Positions 1-11,741 are shown, numbered from the stretch's first letter. The stretch: 64,000 nucleotides of DNA from Methylococcales bacterium (GCA_018672285.1 JABHGC010000183.1:133-64132), one strand, 5' to 3'. Numbers and translations: made by a program. Notes: generated by a model from the sequence alone, not told the origin.

Positions 1-686
<686 letters not shown>

Positions 687-1550
687 TTAAAGTGCCGCAG
701 CGCCGCCAACAATTTCTGATATTTCTTGGGTGATGGCAGCTTGTCTAGCTTTGTTGTAGATAAGCTGTAATTCATCAATAAATTCGCCGGCATTATCTGT
801 TGCAGATTTCATTGCAACCATTCGTGCCGCTTGTTCACTGGCATTGTTTTCAACAACACCTTGATAGACCAATGATTCAACGTAACGTGTCATTAGGCCA
901 TCTAGTACAGATTTTGATTCTGGCTCATAGAGGTAATCCCAGTAATGCTGAAGTTCTTTCTCTTCACCTTTTTTGATTGGAACAAGCTGCTCTATTGTAG
1001 GACTCTGTGTCATGGTGTTAACAAAGTCATTGTAAGCCAGCAAAATTTCATCAATTTCGCCATTTTCATAAGCATCAAGAATCACTTTGACTGAGCCAAT
1101 TAAATCAGTGATTGAAGGTGCGTCACCTAATTGGGTCGATTCAGCAATGATTCTTTTGCCCATAATGCGCTTGAAAAACGATGACGCTTTAGAACCAATA
1201 GTGCACATGCGTACTTCGATTTTCTGCTCTTCAAGCTCAGTCAATTTGGCTAAAACGGGTTTAAATAGATTAATATTTAGACCGCCACAGAGACCTCGAT
1301 CACTCGATATTACAATAATGCCAACACGCTTTACTTCACGTTCAACTAAATATGAGTGTTGATATTCTGTATGAGCTGCTGCTATGTGCGAGATGACACT
1401 TCGAATTTTTTCTGCATATGGTCTTGCAGATGTCATCCGTTCTTGTGCTTTACGCATTTTACTCGCAGCAACCATCTGCATAGCAGAGGTGATTTTTTGA
1501 GTATTTTTAATACTCGCAATCTGTGTGCGAATTTCTTTACCAACTGCCAT
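687..1550 (-). CDS. atpG: ATP synthase subunit gamma
   Basis: [40 protein letters not shown]; operon position. Confidence 0.98.
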   Translation of the reverse strand: MAVGKEIRTQIASIKNTQKITSAMQMVAASKMRKAQERMTSARPYAEKIRSVISHIAAAHTEYQHSYLVEREVKRVGIIVISSDRGLCGGLNINLFKPVLAKLTELEEQKIEVRMCTIGSKASSFFKRIMGKRIIAESTQLGDAPSITDLIGSVKVILDAYENGEIDEILLAYNDFVNTMTQSPTIEQLVPIKKGEEKELQHYWDYLYEPESKSVLDGLMTRYVESLVYQGVVENNASEQAARMVAMKSATDNAGEFIDELQLIYNKARQAAITQEISEIVGGAAAL

Positions 1551-1556
1551 AATCGC

Positions 1557-3104
1557 TTACCAAGTATGCTTGTCTTTAAAGTCTTTTAGCGCATCATGCA
1601 TTGTTTTTTCAACGTCGTCGTTGTAATCACATGCTTCGTTAATGCTGTCTATCAAAGCTTTTTGGTTATTGTTTAAGTAAGATTGCAAGGCATCTTCAAA
1701 ATCAACTACTTTAGTTGCAGGAACGTCATCTAAATAACCTTCGTTAGCTGCAAATAATGAGAAGGCCATGCCTGCTGTAGATAATGGCGCATACTGAGCT
1801 TGTTTCATTAATTCAGTAATTCGCTGACCACGCTCTAGTTGCTTACGTGTTGCATCATCTAAGTCAGATGCGAACTGAGCAAATGCGGCTAATTCACGAT
1901 ATTGTGCAAGTGCTAAACGAATACCACCGCCGAGCTTCTTAATGATTTTAGTTTGTGCACTACCACCAACACGCGATACCGACAGACCCGCGTTAATTGC
2001 TGGACGAATACCGGCATTAAACAAATCAGATTCTAAGAATATCTGGCCGTCTGTAATTGAAATCACGTTCGTTGGTACGAATGCAGATACGTCACCTGCT
2101 TGTGTCTCAATGATAGGCAATGCAGTCAATGAACCTGTTTTGCCTTTGACTTTACCGTCTGTGATTTTTTCAATGTGTTCTGCATTTACTCGAGCTGAAC
2201 GCTCTAATAACCGTGAATGCAAATAGAAAACGTCACCTGGATATGCTTCACGTCCTGGTGGGCGACGAAGTAACAGTGATATTTCACGGTAAGCCCATGC
2301 TTGTTTGGTCAAATCATCATAGATAATGAGTGCATCTTCACCGATGTCCCGGAAGTACTCACCCATCGCGCAACCTGCATAAGGTGCGATAAATTGCATT
2401 GCCGCAGAATCTGATGCAGAAGCATTGACGATAATGGTGTGATCCATTGCGCCGTGCTCTTCAAGCTTACGAACAACAGAGGCTACTGATGACGCTTTTT
2501 GGCCAATCGCAACGTAAATACATTTAATACCAGACCCTTTCTGGTTAATAATGGCATCAATTGCAACCGCCGTTTTACCTGTCTGACGATCTCCAATGAT
2601 TAACTCTCGCTGGCCACGACCAACGGGCACCATCGCATCAATCGCTTTCAACCCTGTTTGTACTGGCTGATCAACTGACTTTCGAGAAATAACACCAGGT
2701 GCCACTTTCTCAATAGGGGATGAAAATTCGGTATCAATAGGACCTTTACCATCTATCGGTGTTCCTAAAGCATCAACAACACGCCCCATGAGCGCTTCAC
2801 CAACAGGTACTTCTAAAATACGACCCGTACATTTTACTTTGTCGCCTTCAGAAATCTGTAGGTAGTCACCAAGTATAACGGCACCAACTGAATCCCTTTC
2901 GAGGTTAAGTGCAAGACCGTATAAATTGTTTGAAAAATCAAGCATCTCGCCCTGCATTACATCTGCAAGACCATGAATCCGCGCAATACCATCGGTTAAA
3001 CTGACGACAGTACCTTCTGTATGTGCTTCTGAATCCAGGTTGATGTTTTCAATCTTCTTTTTAATCAGATCGCTGATTTCAGACGGATTGAGTTGCGTTG
3101 TCAT
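1557..3104 (-). CDS. atpA: ATP synthase subunit alpha
   Basis: GDRQTGKT P-loop, [23 protein letters not shown]. Confidence 0.99.
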   Translation of the reverse strand: MTTQLNPSEISDLIKKKIENINLDSEAHTEGTVVSLTDGIARIHGLADVMQGEMLDFSNNLYGLALNLERDSVGAVILGDYLQISEGDKVKCTGRILEVPVGEALMGRVVDALGTPIDGKGPIDTEFSSPIEKVAPGVISRKSVDQPVQTGLKAIDAMVPVGRGQRELIIGDRQTGKTAVAIDAIINQKGSGIKCIYVAIGQKASSVASVVRKLEEHGAMDHTIIVNASASDSAAMQFIAPYAGCAMGEYFRDIGEDALIIYDDLTKQAWAYREISLLLRRPPGREAYPGDVFYLHSRLLERSARVNAEHIEKITDGKVKGKTGSLTALPIIETQAGDVSAFVPTNVISITDGQIFLESDLFNAGIRPAINAGLSVSRVGGSAQTKIIKKLGGGIRLALAQYRELAAFAQFASDLDDATRKQLERGQRITELMKQAQYAPLSTAGMAFSLFAANEGYLDDVPATKVVDFEDALQSYLNNNQKALIDSINEACDYNDDVEKTMHDALKDFKDKHTW

Positions 3105-3115
3105 ATTTATTTGCC

Positions 3116-3652
3116 TTAAATACCTAAATCTATTGCCATTTGATTCAGTTTTGATTTCACTGAACCATCGATCACCAAGTCACCTGCTTGTATCACAAGA
3201 CCACCAATTAAGGATGAATCTTCTGTTGTCACAATGTTAACTTCTTTGCCGAGACGTTTTTTTAAACTTATCGAGAGAAGCTGTAACTGTTCATCAGTCA
3301 CTGCAAAGGCAGAGGTTATTTCAACATCGACTCTACCTTCATGTTCAACTTTCAAATCATTGAATGCCAGCTGAATCTCAGGTAATACATCAAGCCGTTC
3401 ATTCTCAGCTAAGATCACAACAAAATTTTTAACTTCTTTGTTGAAGTCTTCACTTGCAACTGAGGTTATTAAATCAATTTTGTCAGCTTGATTAATGTTT
3501 GGATTATCTAATGCTTCAGCCATTGTTTCGTTTTCAACAACAGCAGCAAGCAATGTTAATCCATTTGCCCAATCTTCAATGTTATTCTGTTCAACGGCTC
3601 GACTAAATGCAGCATCTGCATAGGGTCTCGCAATTGTTGAAAGTTCAGCCAT
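3116..3652 (-). CDS. atpH: ATP synthase subunit delta
   Basis: [12 protein letters not shown] start, [18 protein letters not shown] end. Confidence 0.97.
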   Translation of the reverse strand: MAELSTIARPYADAAFSRAVEQNNIEDWANGLTLLAAVVENETMAEALDNPNINQADKIDLITSVASEDFNKEVKNFVVILAENERLDVLPEIQLAFNDLKVEHEGRVDVEITSAFAVTDEQLQLLSISLKKRLGKEVNIVTTEDSSLIGGLVIQAGDLVIDGSVKSKLNQMAIDLGI

Positions 3653-3664
3653 GTTAACTCTCGT

Positions 3665-4135
3665 TTAGATTTCTTTTGCAACGTTTGCCAGAATTTCCTG
3701 GTGCGCGTTAGCATCTATTTCTTTCGCTAAAATCTTACTAGAAGCGGCCAAGGTGATGCTTGCAACTTGCTCTCGCAAAGCTTCACGAACTTGGTGTGCT
3801 TGTTGATCTATCTCAGCTTGTGCTGCTGTGATTAAACGAGCACCTTCTGATTTAGCATCGTCTTTCGCTTCTTCGATAATTTCAGCTGCACGCTTTTGAG
3901 CTTGACCAACGATTTCAGAAGCGTTTTCTTTGGCTTCCTTCAGCGTTTCAACGGCTTTTTGTTCAGCAAGTGCTTTCGCATGCCGACCTTTTTCAGCCTC
4001 AGCCAAACCTTCTGCGATTTTGTTTTTCCGTTCTTCCAACATTTGGGTCATAGGATCCCAAAGTAATTGGCGTACGAACCAAACCAAAACAGCAAAAGTT
4101 AAGATTTGCCCGATGATCGTTGCTGTAATATTCAC
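3665..4135 (-). CDS. atpF: ATP synthase F0 subunit b
   Basis: MNITATIIGQ, one N-terminal TM helix, then coiled coil; operon position. Confidence 0.97.
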   Translation of the reverse strand: MNITATIIGQILTFAVLVWFVRQLLWDPMTQMLEERKNKIAEGLAEAEKGRHAKALAEQKAVETLKEAKENASEIVGQAQKRAAEIIEEAKDDAKSEGARLITAAQAEIDQQAHQVREALREQVASITLAASSKILAKEIDANAHQEILANVAKEI

Positions 4136-4165
4136 TCGACTACTCCTAAGTTCACTAGGTTTAAA

Positions 4166-4462
4166 TTAGTGACCAGCAGCTGTTGCTAGAGCTTGTGTCG
4201 CAGCACCAACAAATGGGTTAGCAAATACAAACCACATTGCCATACCGAGTACGATCATTGGAAACGCTTCCATTAAACCACCAGTAAATAGCATCTGGCC
4301 CATTAACTGCGCTCTCATTTCAGGCTGTCTTGCGATGCCTTCAAGATACTTAGAACAGATCATACCCCAACCTAGTGCTGAGCCAAGTCCAGCTGCGGCT
4401 AGGATAATTCCAACACCGATAGCGGTCATACTGTAGATCATTGCGATGGCATTAGCATCCAT
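4166..4462 (-). CDS. atpE: ATP synthase F0 subunit c
   Basis: Two hydrophobic helices joined by ARQPE loop; ion-binding acidic residue in GLMEAFP; between atpB and atpF. Confidence 0.95.
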   Translation of the reverse strand: MDANAIAMIYSMTAIGVGIILAAAGLGSALGWGMICSKYLEGIARQPEMRAQLMGQMLFTGGLMEAFPMIVLGMAMWFVFANPFVGAATQALATAAGH

Positions 4463-4495
4463 TAAAGGATCTCCTTTTTATTAATTAAAATGTAG

Positions 4496-5338
<843 letters not shown>

Positions 5339-5695
5339 TTAACTCTTTGCCATTCCAATCCGTGCAGCAATGATAAAATATGCCATATAAGCTGCACCAA
5401 ATGTTAACAATAATGCAGTCGGTTCTAGTGACAATGCACTCAAACCGACCACCATTAAAACTAAGGTCAGCGCAAAACGCTCGACCGCCCCAAGCATGAT
5501 TTTCATAACATCTTGCTGGGGGTTTTTGGCTAGCTGTTGTTGCATTCTAGCCAATCTAAATCCGTGTAATACTGTATTAATAACTGCAATTAAACCGCCA
5601 TATATTGCAGCAGGCCCCATTGTTATGTCTTTAATTGTAAAAAGGATAGCAAAACACAATACGATGATGAGTTGAGCAATCACAATACTACGCAT
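5339..5695 (-). CDS. atpI: ATP synthase protein I
   Basis: 118-aa four-TM protein as first gene of the atp operon. Confidence 0.8.
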   Translation of the reverse strand: MRSIVIAQLIIVLCFAILFTIKDITMGPAAIYGGLIAVINTVLHGFRLARMQQQLAKNPQQDVMKIMLGAVERFALTLVLMVVGLSALSLEPTALLLTFGAAYMAYFIIAARIGMAKS

Positions 5696-5744
5696 ATTTA
5701 CTTACCTGACAAATTATAGTCACGTCTTTCTCAATGGGAAGCGA

Positions 5745-5774
5745 AGTATACAAGGTATTGTTAAAAGCGGTCAA
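5745..5774 (-). promoter_or_regulatory. Putative sigma70 promoter of atp operon
   Basis: Minus strand TTGACC-N18-TATACT about 50 bp upstream of atpI. Confidence 0.5.
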
Positions 5775-5832
5775 TTGCCTGCTACAAAAAATCTCGTTAT
5801 CACTAATATAAAATTAACTAATAACATTATCT

Positions 5833-6735
5833 TTAATGTATATGGGCTAAGATCCCTTCAAGCTCATCTAAGTTATTATATTGTATAACAAGCTTACCTT
5901 TTCCTTTATTTCCGCTGGATAATGATACTTTGGCGCCTATTTTTTCTGACAAATCATTTTGTAGTTTTCGAATGTTAGGGTCTAGTGCTTTGCTCTTACC
6001 CTTAGCCACTTTCGGGTGATTATACCCTTTGACTAAATTTTCAGTTTCGCGAACAGATAAGTCTTTAGCCACTACTAATTTTGCGGCTTCACTTTGCGTC
6101 CCACCTTTTAGTGTCAGCAGAACTTTTGCATGCCCTAGCTCTAGGTCGCCATTTTCTAATAAGCGTTTAACATCAGAATTTAATTCCAGAATCCTCATTA
6201 AATTTGATACACCACTGCGTGATTTACCGACAGCTTCTGCCATAATTTGATGTGTCATACCAAATTCTTTGATGAGGCGTTGCAACCCCATGGCTTCTTC
6301 AAGTGGGTTTAAATTTTCTCGTTGAATATTTTCAATGAGCGAAATCGCCATAGCGGCTTGATCCGGGATTTCACGGATAATCGCTGGAACTTCGTGCAAA
6401 CCAGCCAGTTGTGATGCGCGCCATCTGCGTTCACCTGCAATAATCTCATACCGATCTTTGCTGATAGGTCGAACAACAATGGGCTGAACCACGCCTTGTG
6501 TCCTGATTGAACTTGCCAATTCTTCAAGTTTTTCAGGGTTCATATCTGTGCGGGGCTGATACTGCCCACGTTGAACTAGGTCAACAGCCAGCTTAGTGAT
6601 TTGAGCATCTAAAGGAATTGCTTTAACCGCCGGCCCTTCATTGCTCTCGTTTGATGGCTCAGCTGCGGTAGCCGTTGCAAATGAGTTTCCTAGCAGGGCT
6701 TCCAGCCCTCGTCCTAATGTTTTCTTTTTAGCCAT
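5833..6735 (-). CDS. parB: Chromosome partitioning protein ParB
   Basis: LGRGLEALL, GVVQPIVVR, IIAGERRWRA, ENIQRENLNPLEEA. Confidence 0.97.
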   Translation of the reverse strand: MAKKKTLGRGLEALLGNSFATATAAEPSNESNEGPAVKAIPLDAQITKLAVDLVQRGQYQPRTDMNPEKLEELASSIRTQGVVQPIVVRPISKDRYEIIAGERRWRASQLAGLHEVPAIIREIPDQAAMAISLIENIQRENLNPLEEAMGLQRLIKEFGMTHQIMAEAVGKSRSGVSNLMRILELNSDVKRLLENGDLELGHAKVLLTLKGGTQSEAAKLVVAKDLSVRETENLVKGYNHPKVAKGKSKALDPNIRKLQNDLSEKIGAKVSLSSGNKGKGKLVIQYNNLDELEGILAHIH

Positions 6736-6740
6736 AATCC

Positions 6741-7547
6741 CTATGCACTTACCCGTTTTTGTTGTTCTTGTTGTTGAGTATTTTTCTGCTGCCTGCGGTG
6801 TATTTCACTTGCTAGCGCAAGGTAAGCAATTGCCCCTTTTGATGCTCTGTCGTATACCGTAGCAGGCAACCCATGTGAGGGTGCCTCTGCCAATCGAACA
6901 TTACGTGGTATCACTGTTCGATAGACCAAGTCGGAAAAATGCCGAATTAACTGTGCTGATACTTCGTTTGCCAAGTTATTTCTTGGGTCAAACATCGTTC
7001 TTAAAATGCCTTCAACAGCTAAATTAGGATTTACAGCAGATTTTATGTTTTCAATCGTCTCCATTAAAGCACTTAAACCTTCCAATGCGAAGTATTCACA
7101 TTGCATTGGAATTAATACACCGTCCGCGGCAATTAATGCGTTTAATGTCAGCATATTAAGTGATGGAGGACAGTCAATAATGATGTAATCAAATTGATCC
7201 ATAACACCATCTAATAACAGTTTGAGTCGTTGTTCTCGTTTTTCTGATGCATGAAGCTCTACATCGGCTGCTGTCATATCTGAATTACTAGGTAAGACGC
7301 TATACCCTGCTGCTTCTGAAAACTGTACAACTTCAGCAAATGTAGCTTCACCAAGCAAGGCATCTAAAGCGGTGTGTTCCAATTCGTTCTTATTGATGCC
7401 TGACCCCATGGTGGCATTGCCTTGAGGGTCGAGGTCAACCAGCAATGCTCGCTGACCTATTGATTGCAATGATGCGGTAATATTGATGCTCGTGGTGGTT
7501 TTTCCAACGCCGCCTTTTTGGTTGGCAATGGCAATTATTTTTCCCAT
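6741..7547 (-). CDS. parA: Chromosome partitioning ATPase ParA/Soj
   Basis: ANQKGGVGKTT deviant Walker A, DLDPQGNAT, IPRNVRLAEAPSHG. Confidence 0.97.
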   Translation of the reverse strand: MGKIIAIANQKGGVGKTTTSINITASLQSIGQRALLVDLDPQGNATMGSGINKNELEHTALDALLGEATFAEVVQFSEAAGYSVLPSNSDMTAADVELHASEKREQRLKLLLDGVMDQFDYIIIDCPPSLNMLTLNALIAADGVLIPMQCEYFALEGLSALMETIENIKSAVNPNLAVEGILRTMFDPRNNLANEVSAQLIRHFSDLVYRTVIPRNVRLAEAPSHGLPATVYDRASKGAIAYLALASEIHRRQQKNTQQQEQQKRVSA

Positions 7548-7576
7548 TGTGATCTCGCTTATTGTTTTAGTGTTTG

Positions 7577-8230
7577 TTATGCGTCGGCACGGGTGACAGG
7601 TTTGAGTATGACTAAATGCCTTGCCCCATCAATATGTGGCACGGTCAATTGCTCAACGTTTGCTATCTCATAGCCTTTTGGTGGTGTTTGTTTTTCTTTT
7701 AACCAATCCCCTTTCATTGCGAGTAATTGTCCATTTTTTTGAAAGAGGCCTGTATCAATAATGAGCATATCAGAAAGGGACGCAAACGCGCGAGTGGTTA
7801 TACTTGAATACTGCCCCTCCTTGGGTAGTTGTTCTATTCTACTGTGTATTGCGGTGACATTGGTTAACCCCAATTCAATCACTGCTTGACGCACAAAGCG
7901 TATTTTTTTGCTATTGCCATCCAGTAACGTGAAGTGCTTTGCTGGATTGGCAATGGCTAGTGGTATTCCTGGTAAGCCTGCGCCAGTACCTACGTCCAAA
8001 ATGTGATCACCATTAATAAATGGCGCAATGGATAAACTATCCAGAAGGTGTTTGATTACCATCTCTTTTGGGTCCCGTATTGCAGTCAGGTTATAAGTTT
8101 TGTTCCATTTTTGCAATAATCCTATAAATTCAATATATTGCGAAATTTGATCTTGACTGAATGACATCGACATTTGGTCTGTGCTAGTTTCAAATAACGA
8201 GGTTAATGCTTCCATGCTAACCGTGCTCAC
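7577..8230 (-). CDS. rsmG: 16S rRNA m7G527 methyltransferase (GidB)
   Basis: WNKTYNLTAIR, HLLDSL, LDVGTGAGLPGIPLA; upstream of parAB. Confidence 0.96.
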   Translation of the reverse strand: MSTVSMEALTSLFETSTDQMSMSFSQDQISQYIEFIGLLQKWNKTYNLTAIRDPKEMVIKHLLDSLSIAPFINGDHILDVGTGAGLPGIPLAIANPAKHFTLLDGNSKKIRFVRQAVIELGLTNVTAIHSRIEQLPKEGQYSSITTRAFASLSDMLIIDTGLFQKNGQLLAMKGDWLKEKQTPPKGYEIANVEQLTVPHIDGARHLVILKPVTRADA

Positions 8231-8232
8231 TG

Positions 8233-8613
8233 TTGAGAATTGAGGTGTTTTTTATGCTAAAACCATTCACACTATTGTTAGCTTTTTTGCTGACAGGTTG
8301 CGGTACTGACCCAAATACCTTAACAACGGGCAAACAGTTATTTGAGCATTACTGTGTTACTTGTCATGGCATCGCGGGCACCGGGGTTTTTTTAAAAGGT
8401 ATTCCGGCCAATATTGTGACGGATAAAAATTTGAGCAGCATTATTGTTCAGATTCAACAAGGGAGCAAACCTAATCGTACCGGAACAAAAATGCCAGCTT
8501 TTCCTAATATTTCAGACAGTGCGGCAAAAAAAATTGCATTACATTTGTTATTGCTAAAAAAAGAATATCTACAGGGTAAACATCGAGATAAGATTCTGCT
8601 TACACCAAAATAA
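8233..8613 (+). CDS. Mono-heme c-type cytochrome, probable lipoprotein (likely start 8254)
   Basis: Lipobox LLTGC, single CVTCH heme motif, distal KMP Met ligand candidate. Confidence 0.85.
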   Translation: MRIEVFFMLKPFTLLLAFLLTGCGTDPNTLTTGKQLFEHYCVTCHGIAGTGVFLKGIPANIVTDKNLSSIIVQIQQGSKPNRTGTKMPAFPNISDSAAKKIALHLLLLKKEYLQGKHRDKILLTPK

Positions 8614-8668
8614 TGTGACCAAGCTGTAAGAGGGTGAAAAAGGCAACTGCAAATAGGTAACCATTCAT
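8600..8668 (-). CDS. Possible 22-aa hydrophobic small protein
   Basis: AAGGA 8 nt before ATG; MNGYLFAVAFFTLLQLGHIILV; overlaps the cytochrome c 3' end by 14 nt. Confidence 0.25.
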   Translation of the reverse strand: MNGYLFAVAFFTLLQLGHIILV

Positions 8669-8781
8669 GAGGCGCGTCCTTGTTATTATTGTTATCAATC
8701 ACTCCTTGTGACTGTTCCCCCTATTGTAATTATTTCAAACTGAAATACCAGTACTAATTATTAGGACATTTCTGAGGTCAA

Positions 8782-9993
8782 TTAGGCCATTCCATGTTGG
8801 GCAATAAGTGCTTCAATTCCTGACAACCGGCGCTGGTGAATGTGCTGCTTAATGTCTAGACCAGACAATTTTAGATAGATGTCTGAATAATCATGTTGCT
8901 CTAGGTGAATTAACCAATTCAGCAGCGCACTTTGTTGTGGGTAGCGTTCATCTTCATATCCGTACCGCCCTCTTGAATCCGCTTTACAGACAAGTAAAAA
9001 AGCTTCAAACCGATCTCGACGACGAAATGCGTCACTTTGTTCAAGTAATGATAAAACGTCCTCTGCTGTTAGTTGAAATAGCCTGTGCACATGAGTGTGG
9101 AAACTGGCCGCAAGTTGTGCAAGCTCAATACATTGATTCGGTGGTTTAAGTCGGTTGCATGCAGCTTTAACCAACTGCACTCCTCGCGCTTCATGGCCAG
9201 GATGTTTCGGCCAGTGCTCTGGTGGCGTTGAGCCTTTGCCTAAATCATGTAAAAGTGCGGCAAAACGAACGTCAATATTGGCTGATAACTTTTCTGCTTG
9301 GCTCAGTACCAATAAGCTATGAATGCCAGTATCAATTTCAGGGTGGCTCGAAGCCGATTGTGGCACCCCGAATAATTTTGAGACTTCTGGCATGATTTTG
9401 GATAAAGCGCCGCAGTCTTGTAACACCTGAATAAAAATGGCGGTGTTTTGCCCTGCTAATGCTTTAGCAAATTCTGCCCATACTCGTTCTGCAACCCACT
9501 TATCAAGATCCCCCTCATCCACCATTGTGGTCATTAACTGCAGGGTACTGCTGGCAATGCTAAACCCTATTCCGTGGTAACGAGCAGCAAACCGAGCTGT
9601 ACGCAATAGGCGAATAGGGTCTTGCCTGAAGCTTGCTGCACTCACATGGCGGATAATTTTATCGTGCAAATCTTGTTGACCAGCAAATGGGTCTATCACA
9701 TGACCGTTTTCATCTTGAGCCATGGCATTGATTGTCAGGTCTCTGCGCGCAAGATCCTCTTCTATTGTGGTATCAGGGTGACTGATGCCTGAGACGTTCA
9801 CCGCTAGGGCATGTTCATCACTGGTTTTTGGGTGTAAAAAAACCGCAAATGATTGACCAACCTGCTGATACCCCTGGGTCAATAAATCGTCTGCTGTGGC
9901 GCCTGTCAGTACCCAGTCTTGATCCACGTTTTTACGCTGCAAAAGTGTGTCACGAACTGCGCCGCCAACTAAGTATTTTTTTATTGAGGCCAT
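8782..9993 (-). CDS. cca: Class II tRNA nucleotidyltransferase with HD domain (CCA family; flexible loop shortened)
   Basis: YLVGGAVRD, DQD, RRDLTINA, DPIRLLRTARF, HPEIDTGIH, LHDLGKG. Family is clear; CCA versus CC activity is uncertain. Confidence 0.9.
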   Translation of the reverse strand: MASIKKYLVGGAVRDTLLQRKNVDQDWVLTGATADDLLTQGYQQVGQSFAVFLHPKTSDEHALAVNVSGISHPDTTIEEDLARRDLTINAMAQDENGHVIDPFAGQQDLHDKIIRHVSAASFRQDPIRLLRTARFAARYHGIGFSIASSTLQLMTTMVDEGDLDKWVAERVWAEFAKALAGQNTAIFIQVLQDCGALSKIMPEVSKLFGVPQSASSHPEIDTGIHSLLVLSQAEKLSANIDVRFAALLHDLGKGSTPPEHWPKHPGHEARGVQLVKAACNRLKPPNQCIELAQLAASFHTHVHRLFQLTAEDVLSLLEQSDAFRRRDRFEAFLLVCKADSRGRYGYEDERYPQQSALLNWLIHLEQHDYSDIYLKLSGLDIKQHIHQRRLSGIEALIAQHGMA

Positions 9994-10009
9994 TGCTACA
10001 CTGAATTGA

Positions 10010-11071
10010 TTGAAGGTGAGAAATTTTATGAAACTAACACGAATAATGGCTGGGATACTATTGCTCTTCGGTGTATTCGCGACGCTCTGCTCTTGTACCG
10101 GATACTACTGGCAATCTGTACAAGGTCAATTAGGGGTGTTTTCAGCCCAGCAGCCAATTGAATCGTTGTTAGAAAATCCACCTACAGATTTGCCTGTTGA
10201 GACTCAAGCTAAACTAGAAACCGTGCTAAAAGCGCGTCAATTTGCGAGTGACTCACTGCAACTACCCAGAAATGACAGCTTTACGTTGTATGCCAATCTC
10301 AAGCGCCCATATGTCGTTTGGTCGGTTATGGCAAGCCCTGCGCTATCACTTGAGGCAACCCAGTGGTGCTACCCTGTAGTGGGTTGCGCGGCATATCGGG
10401 GTTACTTTAAACAGAGTGATGCTGAAGCTTTTGCCTCCGAGCTAAAAGGAAAAGGGTTTGATGTGGTCGTTAGTGGAATCCCTGCTTATTCAACCCTAGG
10501 CTGGTTTGATGACCCTGTGTTTCACCCAGTGCTTTCCTGGCCAGAGACCTCTGTTGTGGGCCTAATTTTTCATGAACTTGCCCATGCTCAACTCTATATT
10601 AAAGGGGATTCGACTTTTAACGAATCTTTTGCAACGGCAGTTGAAATTGCGGGAGTTCGTCAGTGGCTTAAGGTAACTCAGCAGCCTGACTTACTTGAAC
10701 AATTTGAGAAAAAACATGCCCTTAAAAAAGCATTTATCGATTTTGTTTTAAGTTACCGCCGCCAATTTAAAACACTTTATTCAAGTGATGGTGTTGATGA
10801 GGTAAAGCGGCAAGAAAAAGCCAAATTAATGACGCAAATGCAAGCTGACTACCAAAAAATAAAAATTCAGTGGGGCAGTAATGTATACGACCCTTGGATG
10901 GCATCTCTCAATAATGCCAAACTGAATACCCTTTCCACTTACTATAAATACGTCCCTAAGTTGCTGCAAGAAATTGAAAATAAAAAAGAATTTAAACATT
11001 TTTACCGTTATGCAGATACGCTCAGTGATTTTAGTATCGACAAAAGAGCACGAGTGCTTTCATCGGAATGA
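10010..11071 (+). CDS. Putative zinc aminopeptidase lipoprotein (DUF2265-like; ATG alternative 10028)
   Basis: Signal with Cys, IFHELAH zincin motif, downstream TFNESFA, AYSTLGWFDDP. Confidence 0.8.
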   Translation: MKVRNFMKLTRIMAGILLLFGVFATLCSCTGYYWQSVQGQLGVFSAQQPIESLLENPPTDLPVETQAKLETVLKARQFASDSLQLPRNDSFTLYANLKRPYVVWSVMASPALSLEATQWCYPVVGCAAYRGYFKQSDAEAFASELKGKGFDVVVSGIPAYSTLGWFDDPVFHPVLSWPETSVVGLIFHELAHAQLYIKGDSTFNESFATAVEIAGVRQWLKVTQQPDLLEQFEKKHALKKAFIDFVLSYRRQFKTLYSSDGVDEVKRQEKAKLMTQMQADYQKIKIQWGSNVYDPWMASLNNAKLNTLSTYYKYVPKLLQEIENKKEFKHFYRYADTLSDFSIDKRARVLSSE

Positions 11072-11661
11072 TCCAGTTGGCGAGAAAATTGCTTGTTTCC
11101 TACAAGAGAAACGAGGTTACTATGAAATATCCAATATTACTGAGTCTTTTACTGTTATGCCCATTGACGGCGACTGCTTTAGATACCGAGGCAATATCTC
11201 AATCAGCCGAACAAGGGTGGGAAAACATTAAATATGGCACTGGTGTCGCGGCTAAAGAAGTCAGTCATCAGTGGGGTGAACTGACTGAATTCAGTAAGGA
11301 AAGTTACACTAAGACGTCGATTTTACTTGATGATCACATGAACCCAAATCCACCAGAACCTGTGATGCCTCAAAAACGAGACATGCAGAAAAGTTGCTCA
11401 GAATTGTATTATGAATTATCGGGGCTGAGTGTGTACTCTACTGATCCAGGCCCTCAGCTACTCAGTAATCCGTATGATTTTATTACCGACCCTGTTAACC
11501 GTGCCGCTATTGCCGGTGCAATGTATTATTCTAGCGCATTATATTATGTCATACCGGTCAACGGTGTTATGGCAGATAAACGTAACCGTACCGTTAGGGC
11601 ACTAAAACATCGTCAAGAAATGCTTCGCAGCATTCTCGCTCGCAAGCAGTGCTACCAATAA
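11068..11661 (+). CDS. Hypothetical exported protein (likely start 11122)
   Basis: Signal-peptide-like MKYPILLSLLLLCPLTATA; two Cys in the C-terminal half; no family recognised. Confidence 0.65.
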   Translation: MIQLARKLLVSYKRNEVTMKYPILLSLLLLCPLTATALDTEAISQSAEQGWENIKYGTGVAAKEVSHQWGELTEFSKESYTKTSILLDDHMNPNPPEPVMPQKRDMQKSCSELYYELSGLSVYSTDPGPQLLSNPYDFITDPVNRAAIAGAMYYSSALYYVIPVNGVMADKRNRTVRALKHRQEMLRSILARKQCYQ

Positions 11662-11741
11662 AGTCTGAATATTGATTGCAGTGGGCAATATAAGGAAGAT
11701 ATAATGGCGGACTTTCCGTTCCATTATCAAGGCTTCCCAAA

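Noticed and set aside
4166-4462. Na+-coupled ATP synthase
   Set aside because: The Glu is followed by Ala, not Ser/Thr, and the helix-1 polar ligand is not evident.
8454-8702. 82-aa minus-strand ORF
   Set aside because: Mostly antisense to the cytochrome c gene, with no recognisable features.
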